From NCBI GenBank assembly GCA_002269645.1, contig NIVC01000487.1:187825-251824 (forward strand): a stretch of 64,000 bases of DNA, in the 5' to 3' direction. This DNA is from Macrostomum lignano. Its lineage: Eukaryota. Shown piece by piece: positions 24,140-51,156 of this stretch (within the stretch, counting starts at the first letter, position 1; every line of letters begins with the position of its first letter). The notes under the pieces are model-generated. The model searched no databases and was not told the DNA's origin. It saw only the letters and a program-made list of their open reading frames with translations. Position numbers and translations under genes: made by a program.

Positions 24140-25225
24140 GAATGGTCACTGACAACCACTGTTGTCACTGGTATATTGTCACTGGCAACCACTATATTGT
24201 CACTGGTATATTGTCACTGACAACCACTATATTGTCACTGGTATATTGTCGCTGGCAACCACTATATTGTCACTGACAACCACTATATTGTCACTGGTAT
24301 ATTGTCACTGGCAACCACTATATTGTCACTGACAACCACTATATTGTCACTGGTATATTGTCGCTGACAACCGCTATATTGTCACTGACAACCGCTATAT
24401 TGTCACTGAAAACCACTATATTGTCACTGACAACCACTATATTGTCACTGACAACCACTATATTGTCACTGGCAACCACTATATTGTCACTGACAACCCC
24501 TATATTGTCACTGACAACCACTATATTGTCACTGGCAACCACTATATTGTCACTGGCAACCACTATATTGTCACTGACAACCACTATATTGTCACTGGCA
24601 ACCACTATATTGTCACTGACAACCACTATATTGTCACTGACAACCACTATATTGTCACTGACAACCCCTATATTGTCACTGACAACCACTATATTGTCAC
24701 TGGCAATCACTATATTGTCACTGGCAACCACTATATTGTCACTGGCAACCGCTATATTGTCACTGACAACCACTATATTGTCACTGGCAACCACTATATT
24801 GTCACTGACAACCACTATATTGTCACTGACAACCCCTATATTGTCACTGGCAACCGCTATATTGTCACTGGTATATTGTCGCTGGCAACCGCTATATTGT
24901 CACTGGTATATTGTCGCTGGCAACCACTATATTGTCACTGGCAACCGCTATATTGTCACTGGCAACCGCTATATTGTCACTGACAACCACTATATTGTCA
25001 CTGACAACCACTATATTGTAACTGACAACCGCTATATTGTCACTGACAACCACTATATTGTCACTGGCAACCACTATATTGTAACTGACAACCGCTATAT
25101 TGTCACTGACAACCACTATATTGTCACTGGCAACCACTATATTGTAACTGACAACCGCTATATTGTCACTGACAACCACTATATTGTCACTGGCAACCAC
25201 TATATTGTAACTGACAACTATTAAA
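24140..25225. repeat. 21-bp minisatellite (TATATTGTCACTGACAACCAC)
   Basis: About 50 units. Confidence 0.95.
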
Positions 25226-26039
25226 TAGTCTCTGACGAGTACCCTGGCTGCCTTGACAACAACAACAGTGTCCTTAGCAACCTGGCGCCCCTGCTAATGT
25301 GACAAAATTTTAATTTCCACTATTTAATATTTTACACCTCTCAGCTCATAATTCTTCCCATAGAGAAACTTGGCTAAAAATATTGCATAAGTGTGACGCA
25401 ACCCGCTCTACATCAACGCCCAGTCTCCCAGTGATGTGGGAGGTTGAACAACATATATTTCTCCGCATTAGTCAACAAACGAAACGTGCTATTTCGAGCT
25501 AGAGTCATCATAAAATCTTCACATGTAGGCTATATGATAAATGTATAATATCTACATGCTCAATGAATATAGATCCTGAGAACTCCGTAGAGTATTCAAA
25601 TGTGCGAAATTGCCTTTGTTGTCCTTGGGACCACCGCCAACCCCAGCGCAGTTAGTTGCCAAGCGCAAGAAGTATAGAATATTTGCGGACACGCTAAAAC
25701 AAACCTTCGCACTGCTCAGACCCTCTCGCCTACAGCACAGCCACTCCATCCAATTAAAACTATGTCTTTCTAAGCTTTCTAAGCTTGTCAATTCATTATC
25801 GCACAGGGACCGCGACATGGAGTACTGGAATTTCTATCTAGCTAGATTGAGTCGATATTTTGATGCGAAAAGTATAGAATTCTCATACCGTTTTCAACAG
25901 TAGGAATATTTTCCTTCTCCTACAGATTGCCTTTTTAAGATTCCAATCGCGCTTGGAGCTAAATTGGAAGTCAGTTTTGAGGACAGAGCAGCTCCATGGT
26001 TAACGCATCCGACTCTCCGCGGGTTTGATTTGGTAACCT

Positions 26040-27180
26040 CACTGCCTCTCTAGTTCTCCTCTCCTCTCCCTGCCTCTCTAGCTCTCCTCTCCTCTCCCTG
26101 CCTCTCTAGCTCTCCTCTCCTCTCCCTGCCTCTCTAGTTCTCCTCTCCTCTCCCTGCCTCTCTAGCTCTCCTCTCCTCTCCCTGCCTCTCTAGTTCTCCT
26201 CTCCTCTCCCTGCCTCTCTAGTTTTCCTCTCCCTGCCTCTCTAGTTCTCCTCTCCCTGCCTCTCTAGTTCTCCTCTCTCTGCCTCTCTAGTTCTCCTCTC
26301 CCTGCCTCTCTAGTTCTCCTCTCTATGCCTCTCTAGTTCTCCTCTCCTCTCTCTGCCTCTCTAGTTCTCCTCTCCTCTCCCTGCCTCTCTAGTTCTCCTC
26401 TCCCTGCCTCTCTAGTTCTCCTCTCTCTGCCTCTCTAGTTCTCCTCTCCCTGCCTCTCTAGTTCTCCTCTCCCTGCCTCTCTAGTTCTCCTCTCTCTGCC
26501 TCTCTAGTTCTCCTCTCCCTGCCTCTCTAGTTCTCCTCTCCCTGCCTCTCTAGTTCTCCTCTCCTCTCCCTGCCTCTCTAGTTCTCCTCTCCTCTCCCTG
26601 CCTCTCTAGTTCTCCTCTCCCTGCCTCTCTAGTTCTCCTCTCTCTGCCTCTCTAGTTCTCCTCTCCCTGCCTCTCTAGTTCTCCTCTCCCTGCCTCTCTA
26701 GTTCTCCTCTCTATGCCTCTCTAGTTCTCCTCTCCCTGCCTCTCTAGTTCTCCTCTCCCTGCCTCTCTAGTTCTCCTCTTCTCTCTCTGCCTCTCTAGTT
26801 CTCCTCTCTCTGCCTCTCTAGTTCTCCTCTCTCTGCCTCTCTAGTTCTCCTCTCCCTGCCTCTCTAGTTCTCCTCTCCCTGCCTCTCTAGTTCTCCTCTC
26901 CACTCCCTGCCTCTCTAGTTCTCCTCTCCTCTCCCTGCCTCTCTAGTTCTCCTCTCCTCTCCCTGCCTCTCTGGTTCTCCTCTCCTCTCTCTGCCTCTCT
27001 AGTTCTCCTCTCCTCTCCCTGCCTCTCTAGTTCTCCTCTCCTCTCCCTGCCTCTAGTTCTCCTCTCCTCTCCCTGCCTCTCTAGTTCTCCTCTCTTCTCC
27101 CTGCCTCTCTAGTTCTCTTTCTCCCTCTCTCACTGCCTCTCAAGTTCTCTCTCCCATCTCCCACTCTTCCTCTCTCCCTA
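26040..27180. repeat. 23/28-bp pyrimidine-rich minisatellite (CCTCTCTAGTTCTCCTCTCCCTG)
   Basis: Direct inspection. Confidence 0.9.
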
Positions 27181-27899
27181 TCTCTAGCTTGGAGTCAACC
27201 CATGGGCCAACCCCCACGGCACAGAGGGTGTGCATGCCTCTGACATCGAGAAAGCCAGGGCCGCTGAAAGCCACCGGGAACATATTGTGTGAGCGCGCGT
27301 TCAGGGTTCAGAGGAATGGGCACGACTGCTTGCTTCCCGGTGGCTGCGGGTCGACTTGTCGCCTTGATTTGCGGCAGCACCCAAATTGCCCCCTGCAAAA
27401 AAGTCTAAATAGTCAGTTTCCCTGTCCAGATACTTTATTTAGCACTCCCCGGCCGCAGACAATTGCCAGCAGCGCTTGCGAGACAATAAAAATGCATGTC
27501 CAATCTGCCCCCCCCAGCTGAGCCGCCACCCAGCGGGACCCCCCATCTGCCCTTCTCATTGCAATCTGCAAATTGGCTACTCAAACTCAAATTTGGACAA
27601 GCTAAACTTAAAGGCATTGTAAAACTTCTATGCACAATATGGTCCCAAGATTTATGCACCCCTTGGATAGAGATGATATTGTGGGGGGGGGGCGGTGGGG
27701 TTGGTGAGACAGTTCTCAGAACTTGTCAAATCTAATGTTTAGCTGTCTACTTACTTCAAGGGCTTTACCTCTGTAGCAGCAACGACGATTTTATCGTTAG
27801 ACAGGAAAAATTAATTAGCGGATATTAGTTTATTAGGTATAAACTTGCAGAATAATTAAGCTAGGTAATTGGAATAAATCACTTAGATTTCTCCCTCCA

Positions 27900-28230
27900 T
27901 ATCTGTATATCTATCTAGATTTCCCTAGGTCTTCATAGATCTCTATAGATCTCTCTAGTTCTTCCTAGATCTCTATAGATCTCTCTAGATCTTTCTAGAT
28001 CTCTATAGATCTCTCTAGGTCTTCCTAGATCTCTATAGATCTCTCTAGATCTTCCTAAATCTCTCTAGATCTCCCTAGATCTCTCTAGATTTCTCTAGAT
28101 CTCTCTAGGTCTTCCTAAATCTTCCTAGATCCCCCCAGGTCTTTTTAGATCTTCCTAGATCTCTCTAGATTTCTCCAGATCTCTCCAGGTCTTTCTAGAT
28201 CTCTCTAGATCTCCCTAGATCTCTCTCATG
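27900..28230. repeat. 10-bp degenerate array (CTAGATCTCT)
   Basis: Direct inspection. Confidence 0.8.
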
Positions 28231-29034
28231 CCTCATCAGATTTTCTATTTCTAGGCCACACCCTAAATCTCTTAAATTCTTTTTTCTCCATCTCTAGACG
28301 TCGCTAGATCTCATGCTAGGTTTTTAGACTTTTCTCAATACATAAAATATTTACTCTTTAGATTTTCTATAGATGCTGGCTAAATAATTCATTGGCCAAC
28401 TACCATTCGAGAATATATTGATTTCAACTAAGTGTATTTTTAAGCCTCTTGGCGTGTGTGGCATCTACAGCAGAGAAGGCGTAAATTTACTTGGGAATTG
28501 AGACTCTTCAACCAATTTTCTCCATTTAGCCAAATAAAATCTCAGAGACACTTCATCGGGCACTTTGAGTGGTGAGAAAATTTTCAGCAAATTACTGCAA
28601 CTCGACTCTGAAGGACTGACTAATGTCATTTGTTGGCTGAGGAAATTCACTCATCTAGTCTGGGACAGCGGGTCTGGGCAGCATTAGGTCACACTACTAC
28701 ATATAGATGATGTTCGAGAGGCACTTTGCCAAGGCTTAGGGATGTCACTAGCTACAGTATACCTCTAGCTGGCACAAATGGATACACAAATCAGTCAGTC
28801 ACTGGCCAGCTTTGGAAATTAGGGATTACGCAACGTTGCAGAATGGATTAGGCAATCTCGGCTAAGAAAGCAGTAACTAAGAGAGAGGGCAAATACTGTT
28901 GCTTTTCTGGTGGAATTTTCTGCAGGAAGATTGGCAGTCTGAGGGAAGGAGCAGCACTAATTGATTTGGCGGCAAACTTCCCGTCAGCACCAGCAGGCTT
29001 TAGTTATACTGCAGTGCCGGTATTTCTGGATGTT

Positions 29035-30620
29035 TCAGTCAGCTCACTCAGCTCCGCAACCATTAGGATCCGCTCACTCAGCTCCGCAACCATTAGGATC
29101 CGCTCACTCAGCTCACTCAGCTCCGCAACCATTAGGATCCGCTCACTCAGCTCCGCAACCATTAGGATCCGCTCACTCAGCTCCGCAACCATTAGGATCT
29201 TCACAGATCTTCTCACTCAGCTCCGCAACCATTAGGATCCGCTCACTCAGCTCCGCAACCATTAGGACCCACTCACTCAGCTCCGCAACCATTATGACCC
29301 ACTCACTCAGCTCCGCAACCATTAGGACCCACTCACTCAGCTCCGCAACCATTATGACCCACTCACTCAGCTCCGCAACCATTAGGACCCGCCTCACTCA
29401 GCTCCGCAACCATCAGAATCGCCTCACTCAGCTTCGCAACCATCAGAATCGCCTCACTCAGCTCAACAACCATCAGAATCGCCTCACTCAGCTCAACAAC
29501 CATCAGAATCGCCTCACTCAGCTCAACAACCATCAGAATCGCCTCACTCAGCTCAACAACCATCAGAATCGCCTCACTCAGCTCAACAACCATCAGAATC
29601 GCCTCACTCAGCTCAACAACCATCAGAATCGCCTCACTCAGCTCAACAACCATCAGAATCGCCTCACTCAGCTCAACAACCATCAGAATCGCCTCACTCA
29701 GCTCAACAACCATCAGAATCGCCTCACTCAGCTCAACAACCATCAGAATCGCCTCACTCAGCTCAACAACCATCAGAATCGCCTCACTCAGCTCAACAAC
29801 CATCAGAATCGCCTCACTCAGCTCAACAACCATCAGAATCGCCTCACTCAGCTCAACAACCATCAGAATCGCCTCACTCAGCTCAACAACCATCAGAATC
29901 GCCTCACTCAGCTCAACAACCATCAGAATCGCCTCACTCAGCTCAACAACCATCAGAATTGCCTCACTCAGCTCAACAACCATCAGAATTGCCTCACTCA
30001 GCTCAACAACCATCAGAATTGCCTCACTCAGCTCAACAACCATCAGAATTGCCTCACTCAGCTCAACAACCATCAGAATCGCCTCACTCAGCTCAACAAC
30101 CATCAGAATTGCCTCACTCAGCTCCGCAACCATCAGAATCGCCTCACTCAGCTCAACAACCATCAGAATCGCCTCACTCAGCTCAACAACCATCAGAATC
30201 GCCTCACTCAGCTCAACAACCATCAGAATTGCCTCACTCAGCTCAACAACCATCAGAATTGCCTCACTCAGCTCCGCAACCATCAGAATCGCCTCACTCA
30301 GCTCAACAACCATCAGAATTGCCTCACTCAGCTCCGCAACCATCAGAATCGCCTCACTCAGCTCAACAACCATCAGAATCGCCTCACTCAGCTCAACAAC
30401 CATCAGAATCGCCTCACTCAGCTCAACAACCATCAGAATCGCCTCACTCAGCTCAACAACCATCAGAATCGCCTCACTCAGCTCAACAACCATCAGAATC
30501 GCCTCACTCAGCTCAACAACCATCAGAATCGCCTCACTCAGCTCAACAACCATTAGGACCCACTCACTCAGCTTCGCAACCATCAGAATCGCCTCGCTCA
30601 GCTCAACAACCATTGGGACT
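29035..30620. repeat. 30-bp minisatellite (CAGCTCAACAACCATCAGAATCGCCTCACT) with divergent edge units
   Basis: About 52 units; source of the 531-aa and 416-aa repeat ORFs. Confidence 0.95.
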
Positions 30621-31734
30621 TACCCACAATAGAGACGTAAAAACAAAGCACTGATAACTTACCGGCTTGAAAAAGTAAAGACGCCACCAGACGCAGAAAG
30701 ATCTAGTAGACAAGAAGTCACAATGTTAGAATTGTAAACTGTCGAAGCAGATTATTTTTAATAATTTTTTTCCTTCCCGCAGTTCTTACTCTGCTTTCTG
30801 GACGCTTAAAGGTGTAGCCTCTATAGAGAGAGAGATAGGGTGGAGAAGGACTGAATAGGTGAGAGTGGCTGTTGGGCGGAAAGGCAGCTTGAGCGAAGCA
30901 AAACTCAAATCTATGAGCCCCTTTAGTGTGTGTGTGTGGGCCCGCCTCTATTCAGGTCTGAATTGTTCTGCCGTCGGCAAGTCCACAGAGAGAATGACAG
31001 AATTAGCTACTATTTATGAACTACTGCCAGAGTATTCAGCAGCTTACGGGTGCGCTGAGTGAGAGTTTTACAGAATTTGCCAACGCTTTTCTGGTTAGCG
31101 AGCGCTTCTTCTCTTCAACCTCCCCCCCGCTCTTATGATTGGACTCGGCCTGGAAGGCCAACCAAGCGAACCAGCAGAGTCCCGGTTCATGGGCTATTAT
31201 AGACTGAATCTGGACAACTTTTGGCCACGGAAGGTGGACTTTCTGGTAGATCTAGCCCCCCTCCCCTCGATGGTGCCCCCTGATGGAGCCCTTGAGCTTG
31301 CTTCATCACCACTTGCACACAATCTAGCGTTGTAAATCTGGAAAATTTCATATACAGGCACTTTATAGAAATAGCTCCAGTCCAGACTTATAAGTTTGAG
31401 TAGTCCCTGGCTGTCTGTCAGCCACACCGACACCCAGATAGAATGAACTCGCTGGCGCAGTACCAATGACAGCATTGAATGTAAAAACAAATTCTTTTAG
31501 TTGTCTCTTGTCTCTTGTCTATTCATTCAAACTAATTTATCATCTGAAAGTAGCTTTCACTTCTGCGGGGCCTCAAAGGCTCAGACACAATGGCAGGTAA
31601 GAAGACCTTGTAGTCAGTTTCCGCTCCAGTGGGTTAGCAGGATAAATTTTTGCGAGAATGTGCAAAACTGTTTTATCATTTATATTGTTTGAGAATCCAG
31701 CCAGTTTGCCTTTGACGACCTACCGGGTGTTTCG

Positions 31735-32180
31735 TGAGAACTTCGGCCAGGGGGTATCTTTCCGAGAATCTATGGGTATTGTAATAATAATCTAGGCCAG
31801 GGGGGATCTTTTCGAGAATCTATGGGTATTGTAATAATAATCTAGGCCAGGGGGGATCTTTTCGAGAATCTATGGGTATTGTAATAAGAATCTAGGCCAG
31901 GGGGTATCTTTTCGAGAATCTATGGGTATTGTAATAATAATCTAGGCCAGGGGGTATCTTTTCGAGAATCTATGGGTATTGTAATAATAATCTAGGCCAG
32001 GGGGTATCTTTTCGAGAATCTATGGGTATTGTAATAAAAATCTTGGCCAGGGGGTATCTTTTTGAGAATCTATGGGTATTGTAATAAAAATCTAGGCCAG
32101 GGGGTATCTTTTTGAGAATCTATGGGTATTGTAATAAAAATCTTGGCCAGGGGGTATCTTTTCGAGAATCTATGGGTGTT
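31735..32180. repeat. 50-bp tandem repeat (CTAGGCCAGGGGGTATCTTTTCGAGAATCTATGGGTATTGTAATAATAAT)
   Basis: About 8.5 head-to-tail units with no unique spacers. Confidence 0.9.
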
Positions 32181-32284
32181 TTGATGAGATCGATCGATAT
32201 TTTCAAATATAGGTTATGGTAGGCAAAGTTTCTTAAATAATTTTAGCGAATTATCATGTCTCACTCTACCCTGGGTATTCTAAC

Positions 32285-32650
32285 GAGTCAGGGAGGGTAT
32301 TCTCCTGGGTCAGGGAGGGTATTCTACTGGGTCAGGGAGGGTATTCTCCTGGGTCAGGGAGGGTATTCTACTGGGTCAGGGAGGGTATTCTACTGGGTAA
32401 GGAAGGGTATTCTCCTGGGTCAGGGAGGGTATTCTACTGGGTCAGGGAGGGTATTCTACTGGGTCAGGGAGGGTATTCTCCTGGGTCAGGGAGGGTATTC
32501 TACTGGGTCAGGGAGGGTATTCTCCTGGGTCAGGGAGGGTATTCTCCTGGGTCAGGGAGGGTATTCTCCTGGGTCAGGGAGGGTATTCTACTGGGTCAGG
32601 GAGGGTATTCTCCTGGGTCAGGGAGGGTATTCTCCTGGGTCAGGGTCAGT
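32285..32650. repeat. 22-bp G-tract minisatellite (GGGTCAGGGAGGGTATTCTCCT)
   Basis: About 16 units. Confidence 0.9.
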
Positions 32651-34299
32651 AATTTTCATGAAACAGCTGGTTAAAAAGAAACAGGTACAAAGTAACAACA
32701 AATAACGGCATTAAGATTGCTAGTGTCTTGATCAAAATGAAATCGTGCAAAGGAAATTAATATAAGCTTATAGTTTTGTATATATTTATTTGAAAAAAAG
32801 TTTTTTTGGATAAACAAATAACAGAAAGAAACAGAAGTAAAAAAGCAGATGAATCAACGCACTGAAGCAATCGCATAAGAAATTAACAATCAACAGTTGT
32901 AGCGCGAGTGAATGGGACAAGTTTTGAGGGAATTAAAGGGGATAACCGTATCCAAAATACCGGCTGAGTTCAAGTTCGCCAAACAAAGTTAATCGAATTC
33001 GCCAAACAAACACAAAATTTGGTTTGAATTTGCGCTGTAAAGTAATGCAGTCTCAGTTCTATCTCTGGGATAAGAAAAGGAAAAGTAAAAAACTCAAATG
33101 ATCAATCTACGAATCAGTCAGCCTCTTTAAGAAAACTGTTAATAAACTATATAATATTTGCTACAATCGTAGTCGAAGAAAAAGAAAGAAGAAGCAAAGC
33201 AACAAGTGCCAGAAATAAGAAGTACAGAGAAAACACATAGCCAGATTATAATTAATTCAAATTTAAACAATAAACAAGTTAGTTATAACTTTTACTGTGA
33301 AACATAAATACATATTGCTAGAAGGAATATTAAAAAAGAAATGAAAAAATACTAAAAGACAAGTATTAAAAAGGACATATTGTACTCTAATAGCTGACAA
33401 TGGATGCCACATCACGTCAGTTAATAAGAATGACAGTTTCCAATCGAAATACGCAGATCAAATATTATCTCTTGCCAAGGTAGAAAAATCTGCTTTCTAA
33501 AGCTAATAATTTAGTATCGATAATGCGATAATTATTGAGGAATAATTATCTAATCAAGCGCCTTTGAGTCGAAAAAAATTTGCAGTATAAAAAACAAGCA
33601 TAATAAAAATAACAAAAAAGAAAAACTCTATCCCTGCTGCTCCTACTCGGCACCGCAAAATACTACTAACCGAAGTAATTTAGTAAGTAGTGTACTGCAG
33701 GCAAAATATTTGTTTAGCGTTGAATTTATAAAGTTGGCTGTGTTAATACAGTCGATGCTAGCTGTTAATAAATAGAGACATGACATTTCAAGTTAACCGA
33801 GAAAGAGATTCAAACAAGCAGCTCCGGCAACTGTAACGGGCAATGTTATAATTGTGAAACAATTCGCTATTGAACTTTATCGTACAACTATTCTGGGAGA
33901 ACCCGAACGATAAGAGAGGACACGAAACCAAACAAATAGTTGTTGAACCGCGGGTTAATCGATTGCAGAAGTGACAATATCAAATAAATGAATCTTATTA
34001 GTCAACAAATTAAAAAATAATAGACAAGTAAATGAAATTAATAAATAAACAATATACACACAAAATAAAACACGGCAATTAAAATTACACATGCAAAATC
34101 TAATCGAGTGTAAAGAAAATGTTGTGATTATATTATGAAAAAAATGCAACAAAAATAACATTTTATAGGAATTTTGCGATTAATTGCGGCCACAAAATGA
34201 CCGCATTCCGCTTCTGGTAATTGTTGACAGTGCGTTGCTTGGCAATAAATTATCTGTTTTTGATTCGTTTGTGCAATTGTACTTTTGTAGCTCACTGGG

Positions 34300-34880
34300 T
34301 GGAGTGAGGTGGCTGGCGGGGTGGCTGGCAGGGTGGCTGGCGGGGTGGCTGGCGGAGTGAGGTGGCTGGTGGAGTGAGGTGGCTGGTGGAGTGAGGTGGC
34401 TGGTGGAGTGAGGTGGCTGGCGGAGTGAGGTGGCTGGTGGAGTGAGGTGGCTGGTGGAGTGAGGTGGCTGGCGGAGTGAGGTGGCTGGCGGGGTGGCTGG
34501 CAGAGTGAGGTGGCTGGCGGGGTGGCTGGCGGAGTGAGGTGGCTGGTGGAGTGAGGTGGCTGGTGGAGTGAGGTGGCTGGTGGAGTGAGGTGGCTGGTGG
34601 AGTGAGGTGGCTGGTGGAGTGAGGTGGCTGGTGGAGTGAGGTGGCTGGTGGAGTGAGGTGGCTGGTGGAGTGAGGTGGCTGGTGGAGTGAGGTGGCTGGT
34701 GGAGTGAGGTGGCTGGCGGGGTGGCTGGCGGAGTGAGGTGGCTGGCGGGGTGGCTGGCGGAGTGAGGTGGCTGGTGGAGTGAGATGGCTGGCGGAGTGAG
34801 GTGGCTGGCGGGGTGACTGGTGGAGTGAGGTGGCTGGCGGAGTGGGGTGGCTGGTGGAATGATGTGGCTGGCGGAGTGAA
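34300..34880. repeat. 17-bp minisatellite (GGAGTGAGGTGGCTGGT)
   Basis: Direct inspection. Confidence 0.9.
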
Positions 34881-35689
34881 ATGGCTGATAGCAGCGATTC
34901 CAGTGGGTGGATAAAAGTAACTGCAACCGCATATTGCAACTTTTAGCAGAAGCAGAACAATGGATATGGCGGATGGAGATAACAAAGGACTAGACAAAAA
35001 AAATCATAAGTATGGCCAGAACTTTGCCTACATTTTTCGAGTACAAAGCCAGAAATTCATTGAAAAACGGTCGAAAACGAAGCGCAAAAGTGCTAAATCA
35101 AAGAGTTAGGCGGGATAAATCAAAGACAAACTGAAAATATCGTATAAAAACGCTAGTTAAATATTGTTTATGAAAAATATGAAGTTATATAATACCGAAA
35201 GAAGTACACGAGGAACCTCTGGATCAGATATACAAAAGGAAAATCAATTAGCTATAAAGATAAGATATAGCAATTATAAATTTGGTGAGTGTCAGTTGAA
35301 GAAAGCTAAAAATCATACAGATTAAAGCATAACAAACAGTTTTTTACGCGTTAGAAAAATTGATAAACCAACCACAGCTGTACTATAAGAGATCGAGCAG
35401 AAAATCAAAGGCTACATGGATGAAAATTATTATTGTCTAAATAATCTCTAAGCATTGTATTATAATAAACAAATAGGAGATTGGCAAACCGAACAAAATA
35501 AAAAAGTGAATACCCACGGTAAATTTGCTATTGCTATTGCATAAGGGCCGCGAATTCGTTACAATATGCTGAAGAGTTGCCCTTAAAAAGGCCGTTTTTT
35601 TTAAATTTATGTAAAATTTATAGTTTTTTCCTCACAGCTAATTTTTGCTTTTTTACTTGCACTAATTGATTACACCTGCTACAATTTGG

Positions 35690-35960
35690 CCAGATGTGCA
35701 ACCGACAGCTCAGCCGCAGCTATTGCGCGGCGCATCTGAATGCTGCGTACGGCTGTTCAGTCCAAGGACTGGGGGGGGGGTCGCCACACACAGCCTCAAT
35801 TATCCCAGCTAATGCTGGCAGCCATTTTACAGCTGGGTGAACTGAAGCAATGCAGAGTTAAGTGTCTTACTCAAGGACACAAATTGTTCCAGTGGGATCG
35901 GGAATCGAACCCCCGACCTTCCAGTCGTGAGTCCGACGCTCTAACCACGAGGCTACAACC
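35690..35960 (-). mobile_element. tRNA-derived SINE family A (CORE-like), near full length
   Basis: Minus strand starts TAGCCTCGTGG (A box) ... GGTTCGATTCC (B box), then TGTGTCCTTGAGTAAGACACTTAACTC...CAGCTGTAAAATGG, resembling the MIR/CORE domain. Second copy at 15135-15385. Confidence 0.8.
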
Positions 35961-37192
35961 TGCTTTTGCACAAAAATTCATATTATTAATTCATTATTTT
36001 AATTTTGACGCCCATGCGTCGGTATTAGTGCGTGTTCTTAAAAGGGCCGTTTTTAAGAACATAGCAATATTTAGCTCTGAGCAGCCCCTGAGTGGCATCA
36101 ACAAAAAAAAATTAGCTGGTAGGAAAGCGAATTTAATTGAAAATAAAACAAAAAAACAGATTATTGAAAAAAAAAATAAAAAAAAATACTTTTTGTTCTT
36201 GTAAAGCTACACTGAACCAGCTAATATAGAATGTAGGATGGAAGGCAAAGAACAAAATAGCAAGTAAATAGAACAAGCCAACTGTAAAAAACAGAGATTA
36301 TGTTTTAATGTTTCATTAACTTTCATAACAGAAACAGCAAATCAGATAGGAGTATCGAACCGGGCTTCTGCAATCCAAGCACAACAGCTTCGGCTTGTCT
36401 CCAATAAATTTAATTGATCGCTACATTGGCTAGCGGCAGTTGAAACACAATTATTTATCAACATATTTTTGGATAGCCTGTGCGCTGTCAGTTAGCAAGA
36501 AAATCTATGCAATAAACTAAATTGTATGGAACGCTGACAAACTACTGTTAGTAGCTAAGTGACGCATTTTAATCGAGGTTTTTTTTAGAAAAAAGAACTG
36601 TATTATCATATTATAAAGTATGCACAGAGGGCTGTGCCAATAGCCAGGGTAAGCTAAGTAGGTCGCAAATAGAAAGAGCGTAGAAACCAGAAGGTAATTA
36701 AAAATTCAATATAACAATAAATTGCATTTCATCTTGAAAGCAAAGTAAACATGTTTTAAATAATATTGTATCAAACGGGTGCCAATAGAAAAAATACAAA
36801 TTGAAACGGTTATTGTCTGTCTATACTACTGGCAGTAGCAGTAGTAGTAGTAGTAGTAGAAAAATACATTAAATTCATGGCAGAAAGGAGCCAAATTAAT
36901 TAGAAAAATAATCCGTAAAAATTAATTTAAAAAAGTAACAAATTATAAAATAAAATTAAAACAAATCAAAACGATCGGATACGGGAGGCTACAAACCAGC
37001 AGATTAAAAAAATAACAGCAATTCACAACAGATAAGTTTATAACACAAACTGAATAGCTAATTTAGGAATATAAAAACATCAAGACAGGCAGGCAAACAA
37101 AAAACAAAAGAACTCGTCACTTTCCTCTTCGAAATCATGCCAGAGTACTTCTTTAACTTAAAGTTCCTTGATAATTGAATAACATTTTCTTT

Positions 37193-51156
<13,964 letters not shown>

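Noticed and set aside
28961-30654. 531-aa, 416-aa and 231-aa ORFs
   Set aside because: They are translations of a stop-free 30-bp minisatellite, open in several frames on both strands, with no splice or domain support.
31735-32180. CRISPR-like regular repeats
   Set aside because: The 50-bp units are head-to-tail with no unique spacers, there are no cas genes, and the context is eukaryotic.
35885-35960. tRNA gene
   Set aside because: A and B boxes are present, but the acceptor and anticodon stems pair poorly and the sequence continues into a SINE body found twice in the window.
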